Positions 9,218 to 18,896 of a DNA stretch of 33,035 bases are shown one piece after another (the first letter of the stretch is position 1; each line of letters begins with the position of its first letter). Position numbers and translations under genes: made by a program. Source of the stretch: Thalassocella blandensis (GTDB taxonomy: Bacteria > Pseudomonadota > Gammaproteobacteria > Pseudomonadales > Cellvibrionaceae); NCBI GenBank assembly GCA_902141825.1, contig CABFPG010000016.1:1-33035 (forward strand). Direction: 5' to 3'. The notes under the pieces are model-generated. The model was not told the DNA's origin, ran no database searches, and saw nothing but the letters and a program-made list of their open reading frames with translations.

Positions 9218-9814
9218 ATGATAAGAATCTTCGCCATTTGCTCTCTGCTACTTTTTGCTGGTTGTGCCTCCAACCCTATGATTGTCGCACCCCAGCAAAC
9301 CGTTCAACAGCCAGATAACGATAAATCCCAGGTAGTTTTTATGCGCTCCAGTTTTGTCGGCAGTGCAATTAATGCATCGCTCTACGATGTCACCAATGGC
9401 GAGATTAAATATCTGGGTATAATTGCCAACAACACCAAAATTGCTTACGAGACAACCCCAGGTAAACATACCTTTATGGTTGTTTCTGAAGCGGCAGATT
9501 TTATGGAAGCTGAATTGGGAACGGGTAAAAATTACTTCAGTATTGCAACACCCCGAATGGGAGCCTGGAAAGCGCGTTTTTCTCTCTGGCCAATAAAAAA
9601 GGGCAGTAATTCTGAATACCACACTGACATGCCGGAATGTCAAACCTGGGTAAGCAATACCAAACTCATGGAAAATACAGCCCAGTCAAAAGCCTGGTAT
9701 GAAAAAAACAAGAACAGCGTGAAGCAAAAGTATGACAAATACTACCCTGCATGGAAAAACAAATCTGAAGCGGAAATAGAGAAGCGAACGCTGAATATTG
9801 ACGACGGGCTATGA
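9218..9814 (+). CDS. Lipoprotein, DUF2846-like
   Basis: Lipobox LLFAGC|AS. The core resembles DUF2846 lipoproteins (...VVFMRSS..GSAI...LYDVTNGEIKYLG...GKHTFMV). Confidence 0.55.
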   Translation: MIRIFAICSLLLFAGCASNPMIVAPQQTVQQPDNDKSQVVFMRSSFVGSAINASLYDVTNGEIKYLGIIANNTKIAYETTPGKHTFMVVSEAADFMEAELGTGKNYFSIATPRMGAWKARFSLWPIKKGSNSEYHTDMPECQTWVSNTKLMENTAQSKAWYEKNKNSVKQKYDKYYPAWKNKSEAEIEKRTLNIDDGL

Positions 9815-9972
9815 AGCCTACGCCAAAAGCCAATTAAACACATTAAGAGAAACGGGCATATCATGCTCGCTTCTCTTAATGTGTTGTTCAGAACAATAAT
9901 GCCAAATAGCTATCCATTTATTTAAATACTTGATTGATCACTCACTCAGGTTTTTCTCTTGCCGATGCCGGT

Positions 9973-10401
9973 CTAGATCCATTTTTCCTGGCCGCGATAA
10001 ATAATTTTCTTTTTACCTCTATGCGTACCGGCAAGCAGCTCTTCAGGAGCGCTATCACCAGAAGTCGTATCCACAGGCTTAGCTTCAACCTTCCGCCCCA
10101 GCTTCGCACCGCGATAGCTTAGCATACGCTCTTTGATTACGATTTTCTTCGCCTGTCCCAGATCCGTGCCAACACTCTTGAAAAAGGCACGCTGGCGCTC
10201 GGTTAGCAGCGCGATAAATGTCAACAGTGAAAAATTAACTTCGGTTGAGGAAGAGCGTAGACACACTTCAATCATGTCGACCAGCTCCTTCATACTTTGG
10301 GTGGGATGCAGCGTGAGATTTTCGTTTATCGCGACCGCTTGTTGAAGTTCTTCCAATGCCAACAGGCAATCCTCATCTAACTTAAGAGCTTTTATATCCA
10401 T
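9973..10401 (-). CDS. Hypothetical protein (acidic N-terminal half, basic C-terminal tail)
   Basis: 142-aa ORF with plausible composition and no recognisable motif. Coding call rests on ORF length only. Confidence 0.4.
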   Translation of the reverse strand: MDIKALKLDEDCLLALEELQQAVAINENLTLHPTQSMKELVDMIEVCLRSSSTEVNFSLLTFIALLTERQRAFFKSVGTDLGQAKKIVIKERMLSYRGAKLGRKVEAKPVDTTSGDSAPEELLAGTHRGKKKIIYRGQEKWI

Positions 10402-10856
10402 GGTCCTTTCCTCGAATAAAAGATGCTTTCTTTAATCAGCCTAGCATAGAGTTATACGCCGATGATTTACCCAATTCGACCGCACTCGCACCAGCATAGT
10501 GCCTCACGTGAAAAGCCGACAACACTGGTGCAAGATCCACAATCGATATTCATTTTATCGAATTCATTTAACGGTTTTGTTATAGCGACTATTACCAATA
10601 AGAAAAAATGATTTATAAAATTCACAAAACTTCATTTGTTTTTTACGGAAGAAGCTGCGCTTAACAATTAAAACGGAAAAAAGCGTCTCAGTATTTTTAA
10701 CGTTTTATGAACTGGGCAACACAAGCTCTCTTTATTGCACAGAGGTGTGAACTTTTTCTACGGACTTCGCCACTAGCTATTTACCATTATCAGTTTTAAT
10801 CCAAAGGCATCGATGTCACGAACTCAAACACCTTGAAAATTAAGAGACTATAGACA

Positions 10857-11816
10857 GTGAAAATTACCGGTAACTCAGCACAGCAAACTCAGACCACTCG
10901 TAGTTCGAGCAAAAATCTCGATCTCAAACGAAGTTCCACCAAAAAGTCCAAAGCTGCCGATCAAACCGGAACGCGGTCTGTCAAAGTAAACAAACAGCCA
11001 AAATTCAAGTTGAACCCAAACTTCAACCTGACCACCAGCGCGAACAACAACATCACCTACAAAAACGCCAAAAATTATCCAACCGGGGCAAAAGACTGGA
11101 GTACCCAGGACACCAAGATCTGTAGCCAGTTGGCAGACTTTGTCTACAACCCAAAAAATGAAAACATGATACTGGAAGGCAAAAGCCTGACGCCTTTAAG
11201 CAGCCAGATTACCCACCATGGTCTGCATCAACAAAACGGATTGTTTACCGATAAGAAGACTGATGGACAGGCCATGGCCTGGGAATCCAATGACAAAGTT
11301 TTTGTGGCATTCAGGGGAACAGAATCTTTGCAGGATGCAAAGCAGGACTTACTCATTGGACTGACTGACAAGCCCAACGACGTTTTTGATAATTTCATGT
11401 TAAGCACAGCAAAGTACGCCAAGAAAAGTGGCAAGCAGCTAGTGATCACAGGGCATAGTTTAGGCGGGTATCATGTCAACAGTTTTGCCAGTAAAGCGGC
11501 TAAGAGTGAACAGTTCGCGAATTTAAAAGACGCGTCTTTTATCGGTTTTGCCTCCCCACAATTTGCCAAAAAAGCCAATGTACTCAATATCGGTATGAAA
11601 AACGATCCTGTCTTCGGCGTACTTGCGACCGCCACTCATGGGTATATGCCGTCTAATTCAAAAAGTGGCCCACAGTTTGTTGAAGGAATGCAATACACCG
11701 CCAACCACACACCAGGGAAGTCGGTCTCTGCACACCTTATGGCGAATATTCAAGAGGCGGTTAATGGCATTACCAGCCAGACGGGTAAGGGTAGCGCAAG
11801 CGCAGCCACAGCTTAA
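10857..11816 (+). CDS. Class 3 (fungal-type) lipase / phospholipase A1-like with long polar N-terminal extension
   Basis: Lipase_3 signatures VAFRGTESLQDAKQDL and the nucleophile elbow ITGHSLGG. GTG start with AAGAGA upstream. The first 70 aa are S/T/K/N-rich with no signal peptide. Confidence 0.75.
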   Translation: MKITGNSAQQTQTTRSSSKNLDLKRSSTKKSKAADQTGTRSVKVNKQPKFKLNPNFNLTTSANNNITYKNAKNYPTGAKDWSTQDTKICSQLADFVYNPKNENMILEGKSLTPLSSQITHHGLHQQNGLFTDKKTDGQAMAWESNDKVFVAFRGTESLQDAKQDLLIGLTDKPNDVFDNFMLSTAKYAKKSGKQLVITGHSLGGYHVNSFASKAAKSEQFANLKDASFIGFASPQFAKKANVLNIGMKNDPVFGVLATATHGYMPSNSKSGPQFVEGMQYTANHTPGKSVSAHLMANIQEAVNGITSQTGKGSASAATA

Positions 11817-11934
11817 ACCCTAGCAAGAAACGGATCACCACACAGGAAGAATCATGCAGTACAAACAGTTGGTTGGATTAACGAAGAGTGTAGCAAGTAC
11901 GTAATCTACATAAGCCCTGGATAACGTACCAATT

Positions 11935-11973
11935 CTGAAAAATATTTCCGACGCCCAAAGAACAGGCGTCGGT
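11935..11973 (-). terminator. Candidate terminator closing the minus-strand operon
   Basis: 8-bp stem CCGACGCC/GGCGTCGG with a 10-nt loop. On the minus strand it is followed by AAATATTTTT. Lies 60 bp past the last gene of the cluster. Confidence 0.4.
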
Positions 11974-12032
11974 CAGACTTTCACAGGAAGAATTCTGCAA
12001 GATATGTCGTCCGCGAGTGGGTTTCGGCGAAA

Positions 12033-12266
12033 CTATGCAATTAAACGGCTGACTTCCTGTATCTTTTTCTTCATAGAAAAATCAATTTCTTCCTCCTTGA
12101 TTCTCTCGAGTATATTCCCAAGAACACGTTTTTCATTTTCGTCAATTTCACCATCACGCAATGCAATACTAAGCAGAGAATCCAACTCTTTTGCATCCAG
12201 CTTGCCATCGTCGGCGAAACAGTTAATTGAGCGAAACGATATTTCCAAATAATCACGGCTTTCCAT
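12033..12266 (-). CDS. Small TerB-like / EF-hand-like acidic protein
   Basis: 77 aa. Two DG-x-(L/I)-D-x-x-E motifs (DDGKLDAKELD and RDGEIDENEK), as in the TerB/DjlA-N fold. Start is 10 bp after the zinc-ribbon gene stop. Confidence 0.45.
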   Translation of the reverse strand: MESRDYLEISFRSINCFADDGKLDAKELDSLLSIALRDGEIDENEKRVLGNILERIKEEEIDFSMKKKIQEVSRLIA

Positions 12267-12275
12267 GTGAGTTCC

Positions 12276-12821
12276 TTATACGTCAAAGTTAGTGGTTAAA
12301 TAGTGTTTTATCTCTGAAGACTTTGGGTGTTGATCAAGCCACTGCTTAAAGGCGTCTACCTTGGCAAAGGCGTCTTCTCCTAATAATTCGGTATAATGTT
12401 TTTGCCAGTGCGCATGCTGGCGTTCAGCGCGAATTTTCTTCTGCCAGGCATCCGTAAATAATTCTGGAAGATGGTCCTGCATATCCAGTTGTTTTAGCAA
12501 TTGCCACTCACCACCGTCCAGCCAGGCTTCGTCACAATGTCCGCACAGTTCTATTCGGTTTTCGGAAGAAGCATCTATCTTAAACTTTGTCATGAGCTTA
12601 CTGCATTTTGGACACAGCTTCGCTCCTTTGCTGTCAATCGCGAGGTTATTGCCTTGTTCGGTAATGATCTGGTCGTCGCTTGGTTGAAAATGATCGAGCC
12701 AGTAACGATATTGAATGAGGGAAATAAGAACCCCATGGCAATTCTGACAGCCCGCTCCTATCAGCCCTTTCTCAATCTCGGCAGGTTGAAGATCTTCTTT
12801 ACTACACGTGGGACATTTCAT
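12276..12821 (-). CDS. Tandem zinc-ribbon protein (zf-TFIIB / PF13453-like x2)
   Basis: Two copies of CPxC...17-22 aa...C(x)xC followed by WLD.GE(L/W): CPTCSK...CQNCHG and CPKCSK...CGHCDEAWLDGGEW. Confidence 0.6.
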   Translation of the reverse strand: MKCPTCSKEDLQPAEIEKGLIGAGCQNCHGVLISLIQYRYWLDHFQPSDDQIITEQGNNLAIDSKGAKLCPKCSKLMTKFKIDASSENRIELCGHCDEAWLDGGEWQLLKQLDMQDHLPELFTDAWQKKIRAERQHAHWQKHYTELLGEDAFAKVDAFKQWLDQHPKSSEIKHYLTTNFDV

Positions 12822-12860
12822 ACTTAACTCCTTTTTAAAGCTTTAGCCGTTAAACTGACA

Positions 12861-13430
12861 CTAGGTTTTCCGCCCGCGTTTACGTGTCATGATATAAGCT
12901 GCAGCAATACCCGACAGCACGCCAAAAAAATGTGACTCAAACGAGACGCGTGGATCACCGGGTAATACACCATAAATCATTCCACCATAAAATACCGCCA
13001 CAAATATGGCAATCACGATATTCACAAAATTCTTTTGGAACCAGGCAATGGCGATGGATAAACTCCACAAACCAAAAATCCATCCACTCGCGCCGATATG
13101 CCCTGACGGCCTGGCAAACAACCAGACGAGAAGTCCAGTCAACACAATAATAATGAAGCTGGATTTAACATAAAAGGGCACCCCACGAATTAAAATCAGT
13201 GCGCTGAAAATGACAAAACCCAACAGGTTATTAATTAAATGACGCCAATCCCCATGCAACCAGGGTGAAGTCAATATATAGGGTAAAGTGTGGGGGTCAC
13301 GCGGCACCAAAGCAAACTGATTCAAGCTGCCTTCGAGCAATAAATTAAGTACATGCACACCTAACAAAATACAACATAAAGTAAACAGCAACTTGATCGG
13401 CTGCCTTTTGAAGGAGGACGAACCAGACAT
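12861..13430 (-). CDS. Rhomboid-family intramembrane serine protease
   Basis: 189 aa, 6 TM. Shows WLHGDWRHLINNLLGF (TM2 HxxxN motif), the catalytic GASG (HIGASGWIFG) and the TM6 His (SHFFGVLSGIAAA). The ATG abuts the stop of the giant gene. Confidence 0.8.
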   Translation of the reverse strand: MSGSSSFKRQPIKLLFTLCCILLGVHVLNLLLEGSLNQFALVPRDPHTLPYILTSPWLHGDWRHLINNLLGFVIFSALILIRGVPFYVKSSFIIIVLTGLLVWLFARPSGHIGASGWIFGLWSLSIAIAWFQKNFVNIVIAIFVAVFYGGMIYGVLPGDPRVSFESHFFGVLSGIAAAYIMTRKRGRKT

Positions 13431-16400
13431 CTACACCCCACCGCCGTTTGTATTGGGTTCCTGTTTCCGCTTCACTGACTGCCCCTTAGTACTTTTTTGC
13501 AAAACACCGTCTTTTAGCTGCTTTTCCAGCTCACGTAGTTGTTGCGATACATCGCTCATTCGTTCATGCGTTCGCAAATCTATTTCCAGCTTTTTATCCA
13601 TACTCCGCACCAGCGGGTAAATACTGCTTTCGATAGTAGAAGCCAATACCTGTAACAATTTATCAATACCGGGCACTGGTTGATTGATCACTTCTATTTT
13701 TTGTTGGCTCGCGTGAATAGAGTCGTGTATTTTATTCAGCGTTTGCGAAACAAATTCTTGAGGATCGAACTGTGCGGGCACCAGCTCCTGCTTGTCAGAG
13801 TCCAGTCGCTTAATCTGTAATTTAGTCAGCGCGTTAGCTTCTCGACTCATCCTAGATAGAGATTGGCCCTGCTTGGACATTTCTGCAGTTGCCTGTGCAA
13901 TGGTATCCACCGTTTTCACCAGATCTACCAACTGACCAATAACTTTCATGCCAGTATCGGCTTCATCGCCTCCCATGGCTTTGTTGCGCAGAAAATCGGC
14001 TTTAATTTCACTCCATCGCGCCGCCTGCTTATCTGTCATATTCCCGCGTAACTCAGCCAGCTTTAGCAGGTTTTCTTCTGCACCAGCAGTCAGCAATTGC
14101 GCCTCTCCCAGATAGTGATCTGCAATAACCTGCATTAACTCGGCATCGTTCATCACTGAGCTGACCTTTTCCGCCATCTTATTCATATTACGGTAACTGC
14201 CCTGGAGCTTGAATGACGGTTCTGTACGGTATTTATCGGCTTGAGCTGCAGAGGCAATATATTGTTGATTAATCTTCAAGATCACATCACGAATGACAAA
14301 AAGTTTTTTCAATACATCAACAATTTCGTTTATTTCAGCACCACTGTACTGGTAATTGAAATCTGTCGTGGCGACATCTTTTCCCTGAGCCAACGCTACA
14401 AATAAATATACATCTTTAATATCCCGCGTTGCCAACGGTGCCAATACAGCATTGGACGTTAAACTATTCTCGATATAACTCAAGGCGAACTGCTCATCCA
14501 TACCACCGAGAATATCACCAAGATTATATATATCCGCTCGGTTTGCCAGCATATCTGGAATTTTAAACACCTCACCGGATTCGGTGTAAGGGTTACCAGC
14601 CATTACCACGCAAAACTTTTTACCGCGCATATCATAGGTTTTTGTATCTCCTTTCCACACACCTTCTATACGACGCGTACCATCACACAAAGAAATAAAT
14701 TTTTGCAAGAACTCTGGATGCGTGTGCTGTATATCATCGAGATACAACATGACATTATTTCCCATCTCCAACGCCAGGTTCAGTTTATTCAGCTCCTGAC
14801 GCGCGGTTGCATTCGGTGCTTGCTGCGGATCAAGCGAATGCACATCGTGTCCCAGTGATGGACAGTTTATTTTCATGAAGATAAGGCCTAAGCGACTGGC
14901 GACATATTCCATCAAAGTGGTTTTACCATAACCTGGAGGCGAAATCATCATCAGCAACCCCATAAGGTCTGTCCGCTTGCTATCGCCAACGGTACCCATT
15001 TGCTTTGCAAGATTGTCTCCGATAATAGGCAGGTAGGCTTCGTTGATTAAACGATTTCGCACAAACGAGCTTAAGGGGCGGGGTTTAAATTCGTGCAAGC
15101 GCAAGGATTTTCTTTCGCGTGCAATCACATCCTGCCGAATTTGCAAATAACGCTGGAAGTTTTGTAAGTGAACTTCGGCATGCTCATCCAGCTGCAAAAG
15201 AAACTCATCAACCGCAAAATGCAAACAACGCTTGTCGAGTTTAGGGTGTTCTCCCATCAAGCCTTCGACGGTTATTTCCAAATCCACTTCTGTGCTGCGC
15301 CGATCGATACGTTCATCAGCATTAATTAATCCTGCTGCTTCCGGGATATAACGACGCAGTGCATCCAGCTGTTTATTGTTGACCAATGCACTGAGCCAGG
15401 CACAGGATAAATTCCACCGCTCTGCCGGCCATCCGATCATTTTTTCCAATGCCATCTGGAAACGTCGCCACGATTCATTATTCAACGATCGCCGCAGCTC
15501 TTCAACGAGTCTACGTGCATATTTGCTGCTGACAAACTCGGCTCGCTCGCGCCCAAGCTCACACACCAGGTAATCTGCTGCACGACTGATGTCGAGCGCA
15601 CTGACATCCATCGGGTGCAATCGTATAAACTCCATCATGGCGTGACGAATTTCACTTGCTAATAATGCATGTGCTTCGAAACTTGAAAAGTCATCCTTCA
15701 TTTGCTCGGCAGCTTGTGCCCGCTCGATCCAGGTCTCGTATGTTAGACGCTTATTTTGCAACTGTTCAGAAATACGCTGAATATTAGCCCAGAACACTTG
15801 TGCAAAGCCGCGGCATTTAGGGTCAAAGCGAAGTAACTCGGCGCTGTTTAGAGCGGGCAGCAAATCCATTAAAATAAGCGCAGCATCATAGTCATGAATG
15901 CCTTTCTCATACCCTTCTTTGTACCTGGGTGCGGCGTAATCTCGCACCAGCTTTTGCATAAGCTCTCGATCCAGAAGTGCCTGATTCAACTTGTCCTGAC
16001 TCAATTCATTCTCATGTTTTTCAGCGCTTTTGAGAATACTATATGCAAGAAATTCCGCGCGATACACAGAGTCACTTTCAGACGCCAGACTCACATTCCA
16101 GTAAGGTTTTAGCTGGATCAAATCGTCATCGTCAATCGACTCGAAAAAATCAGTTCCACTAAGATGAATATTCAGCGCGTCATCACGCGGGATTATGGTG
16201 AGATCCAAATCCTGAGTATTCACGCTAAACTTATGTCGCGGGCCGAGTTTGATAACATTGCCGTTGTCTTCATAGATATCCGTTTTATCGCGCAAAACAC
16301 GAACGGCTTGCTCCTTTGCCGCTTTGAAACGCGCTTCAACATCGTCAGCTTTAACTTGTGCATCGAGTTTTCTTAAAGCTTCTACAAATTCACGCACTTT

Positions 16401-18833
16401 CAGTACCAAAGGATCTGAAGCGAAGTACGTATTTAAAGGGTCTATTTCGGTAAACTTTGTGGAGCGACGCTCTATACTGACCAGCACCCGACTGGCCGCA
16501 TCTGCAATCGACTGGGCTTTTCGCTGACGGGTATCCAGCAGTTGCTGCTTATGTGATTCAAAGGTTTCATAAATTTCTTCGCGTTTGGTCATGATATCCG
16601 CGAGAAATTGATCATAATCTGAAAACTGGCTCTCAAGCTCTTCCAATTGCACCAGCAAGCGAGACATTTGCTCGTCGCAACTTTGCGGGTCGTCCGCCAT
16701 TCCCAAAGCATTAGTTATACTTTGTGAAAACAATTTAAATTGTGCAGAAAATTGTGCGACCGCCTCTTCTGACCCCAGATTTTTCTGCTTGTGGGTCGCG
16801 TTCGCTTTGCTTTGGTTTAATTTGCTATATACCGCGGAAATAGCATCCACAATATTGGTACGTAATGTTGTATCGTCAATTTTCAAAGAGGTGAGCAACT
16901 CAGATAGCAGATCCAGTCCAGCCGCAATGCTTTCTATCTGCTCAATCAGGGGTTTCAGCCGGGCATTGGTATCAGCCTCCGCGACTTCATGATTGAGTGT
17001 TTCTATACTGTCTAAATAGGGAGTGAGCGCATTTTCATCCGCGAGAAATTCTACAGTTTTTTCACTCAACTCCTGTTGAACTGTTATCAGTTCATCGTCC
17101 ATCACCGCGATTTTTTCTACGTCGATGTAACGATAGTCTTTTATCGTCGTTAAGTGTCCACGTTGATGACGAATTTCATCCAGTGCGGCAACATAATCTT
17201 CTACCGTACTCCAGGACGAGGTGCGAATTCGCGAAATAATCGCGCTCTGCTGTTCAGAGGCTTTTGCCAGTGCTTCAACAGATTGCTGACGAATGTCCTG
17301 CACTTTGGCAAATTCATCTATCGCCAGCTCTGCAGTCTGTGAAATTTCCTGCAGGATAGCGGGAATTTCTCCTACGGCTTTTTCAGACAACCAGTAATGA
17401 TCGTCAAAAGCTCTGCGTGAATCCTTACTCAACTCTTCGTAAAGACGTGAAGAAACACTTTGGTTTTCTATAACACGGCTGATACTGTATAAATCCGAAA
17501 TACCACGCACCAGAGCTGCATTACCAATGCGTCCAAAAAAGGACTGGCTCTCGGGTTGCTTACTGGCAAACTCGTCACTAAAAAAGGGGGTAACCCAGAT
17601 CTGCATTGGATGCACTCGGGTAGCATCTTTTTCCGCGGAAAAAATCACAAGCGTCCCGTCTTCAGCCAGTGCATACCCATGGCCGAGGATTGGATTCTGC
17701 AGGGTTTTACTTATCATGTTGTATGCAAGTAATGCCACTACACCATCTTCAGGTTCATAGAAAACAAATAAGACGTCTTCACCGTTGGGAGAGCGAATCA
17801 TCCGCTTGTATTTCAGTCCTGCAATTGCATCATCATAACTTTTGTGCTCGCCCGACTGAAGGTAATATCCACCAGGAAATACGATGCCATGATCTTCTGG
17901 CAGTTGTACACAGGATGCGCCGATGGCATCTATACGCGTGACTTTTTGTGTCAATGTATTAAATACCAGATATCGCCACAGCGTTTCCTGATAGGGCAGC
18001 ACTTTCAGTAAAATGAGATCGCCAAGCCTGGCGAAATGGAATTCGGCATCATCAATCGACTGGGTTTTATTCTCCACAGGTTCACTGTATATACCACGCC
18101 CTTCCTGAGTGTTGTTCTCCACTTTTACCGTGAGATCGCCGCCGTGTGTTTCCACAAAGATCGTGTCCAGAATATTAATATGTGGAAACTTTCCGTGAAT
18201 AACATCATCCCGGCCACAGGCAGTCCATTCAAAATCATAAGCGGGTGGCAATTGAATATCACGCTCACCGCGATTATCAATATACTTATCAACGGCGCCC
18301 TCTGGGGTTAAGGAAAATCGGAAAACCCGAATATCCTCTATTCGCTCACCTATTTGAAAGCCCAGCAACAACTTGCCATCTTTGATGGTGACTTCCTGAA
18401 TTTTGGTATGTTTGTAGTAGCGATAAAGTTCTTGAAAATCTTTATTAAAGTTTTTATCAGATAGAAACGTATCGGCTATATCCTGTTGTTGTACGGTGTA
18501 CTCATCGCCCTGCTTTACAAGTTTAAACAGCGAAAATACGTCTTCTATTTTGGTTTCTTTCTTCAGACCGATGAAGACGTTGTAGGCAAACAACAAATAG
18601 TTTCCGACCTGTACGATATCCCGGGCCACGCAATTGTTTTCCGTGCGCACACGAACTCGTGCAGCAACAGTGAGTTCCGACCCACCAAACTCTGCCAGAC
18701 GAGCCTCATTTAAAACTTTTATTTCAGCTGCAAGCGCATTTCCCTGGTCCGTTAATCGCTTTTTAATAACCTCATAAGCGCCTCCTTCAGCAACGGCCTT
18801 ATCGACTGTATTTTCTTTTACGGCTTCAGACAT
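13431..18833 (-). CDS. Giant (1800 aa) coiled-coil protein with an embedded MoxR/AAA_5-like P-loop ATPase domain; function unknown
   Basis: A single uninterrupted ORF. The ATPase core lies at residues about 1290-1430. It contains Walker A (SPPGYGKTT), Walker B (VMLYLDDIQH) and sensor-1 (VVMAGNPYTES), with arrangement and spacing like MoxR/dynein-type AAA_5. Long heptad-like E/K/Q/L-rich segments lie at about 560-900 and 1500-1800. The N-terminal 550 aa appear beta-rich and globular. Confidence 0.8.
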   Translation of the reverse strand: MSEAVKENTVDKAVAEGGAYEVIKKRLTDQGNALAAEIKVLNEARLAEFGGSELTVAARVRVRTENNCVARDIVQVGNYLLFAYNVFIGLKKETKIEDVFSLFKLVKQGDEYTVQQQDIADTFLSDKNFNKDFQELYRYYKHTKIQEVTIKDGKLLLGFQIGERIEDIRVFRFSLTPEGAVDKYIDNRGERDIQLPPAYDFEWTACGRDDVIHGKFPHINILDTIFVETHGGDLTVKVENNTQEGRGIYSEPVENKTQSIDDAEFHFARLGDLILLKVLPYQETLWRYLVFNTLTQKVTRIDAIGASCVQLPEDHGIVFPGGYYLQSGEHKSYDDAIAGLKYKRMIRSPNGEDVLFVFYEPEDGVVALLAYNMISKTLQNPILGHGYALAEDGTLVIFSAEKDATRVHPMQIWVTPFFSDEFASKQPESQSFFGRIGNAALVRGISDLYSISRVIENQSVSSRLYEELSKDSRRAFDDHYWLSEKAVGEIPAILQEISQTAELAIDEFAKVQDIRQQSVEALAKASEQQSAIISRIRTSSWSTVEDYVAALDEIRHQRGHLTTIKDYRYIDVEKIAVMDDELITVQQELSEKTVEFLADENALTPYLDSIETLNHEVAEADTNARLKPLIEQIESIAAGLDLLSELLTSLKIDDTTLRTNIVDAISAVYSKLNQSKANATHKQKNLGSEEAVAQFSAQFKLFSQSITNALGMADDPQSCDEQMSRLLVQLEELESQFSDYDQFLADIMTKREEIYETFESHKQQLLDTRQRKAQSIADAASRVLVSIERRSTKFTEIDPLNTYFASDPLVLKVREFVEALRKLDAQVKADDVEARFKAAKEQAVRVLRDKTDIYEDNGNVIKLGPRHKFSVNTQDLDLTIIPRDDALNIHLSGTDFFESIDDDDLIQLKPYWNVSLASESDSVYRAEFLAYSILKSAEKHENELSQDKLNQALLDRELMQKLVRDYAAPRYKEGYEKGIHDYDAALILMDLLPALNSAELLRFDPKCRGFAQVFWANIQRISEQLQNKRLTYETWIERAQAAEQMKDDFSSFEAHALLASEIRHAMMEFIRLHPMDVSALDISRAADYLVCELGRERAEFVSSKYARRLVEELRRSLNNESWRRFQMALEKMIGWPAERWNLSCAWLSALVNNKQLDALRRYIPEAAGLINADERIDRRSTEVDLEITVEGLMGEHPKLDKRCLHFAVDEFLLQLDEHAEVHLQNFQRYLQIRQDVIARERKSLRLHEFKPRPLSSFVRNRLINEAYLPIIGDNLAKQMGTVGDSKRTDLMGLLMMISPPGYGKTTLMEYVASRLGLIFMKINCPSLGHDVHSLDPQQAPNATARQELNKLNLALEMGNNVMLYLDDIQHTHPEFLQKFISLCDGTRRIEGVWKGDTKTYDMRGKKFCVVMAGNPYTESGEVFKIPDMLANRADIYNLGDILGGMDEQFALSYIENSLTSNAVLAPLATRDIKDVYLFVALAQGKDVATTDFNYQYSGAEINEIVDVLKKLFVIRDVILKINQQYIASAAQADKYRTEPSFKLQGSYRNMNKMAEKVSSVMNDAELMQVIADHYLGEAQLLTAGAEENLLKLAELRGNMTDKQAARWSEIKADFLRNKAMGGDEADTGMKVIGQLVDLVKTVDTIAQATAEMSKQGQSLSRMSREANALTKLQIKRLDSDKQELVPAQFDPQEFVSQTLNKIHDSIHASQQKIEVINQPVPGIDKLLQVLASTIESSIYPLVRSMDKKLEIDLRTHERMSDVSQQLRELEKQLKDGVLQKSTKGQSVKRKQEPNTNGGGV

Positions 18834-18896
18834 ATGTGTTCCCTTGCTCTTACTTTATATTGGATCTGCGAACTGATTAAACAGATTTGGTCCGAT

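Noticed and set aside
12071-12286. Alternative 71-aa minus-strand ORF overlapping the TerB-like gene
   Set aside because: It is in a different frame from the motif-bearing 77-aa ORF and would overlap the zinc-ribbon gene stop. The 12033-12266 frame has the DG-x-D-x-x-E repeats.
13863-18713. Many 60-90 aa ORFs on the plus strand within the giant ATPase gene
   Set aside because: Short, no RBS, and embedded in a single 5.4-kb ORF with coherent motifs on the minus strand.
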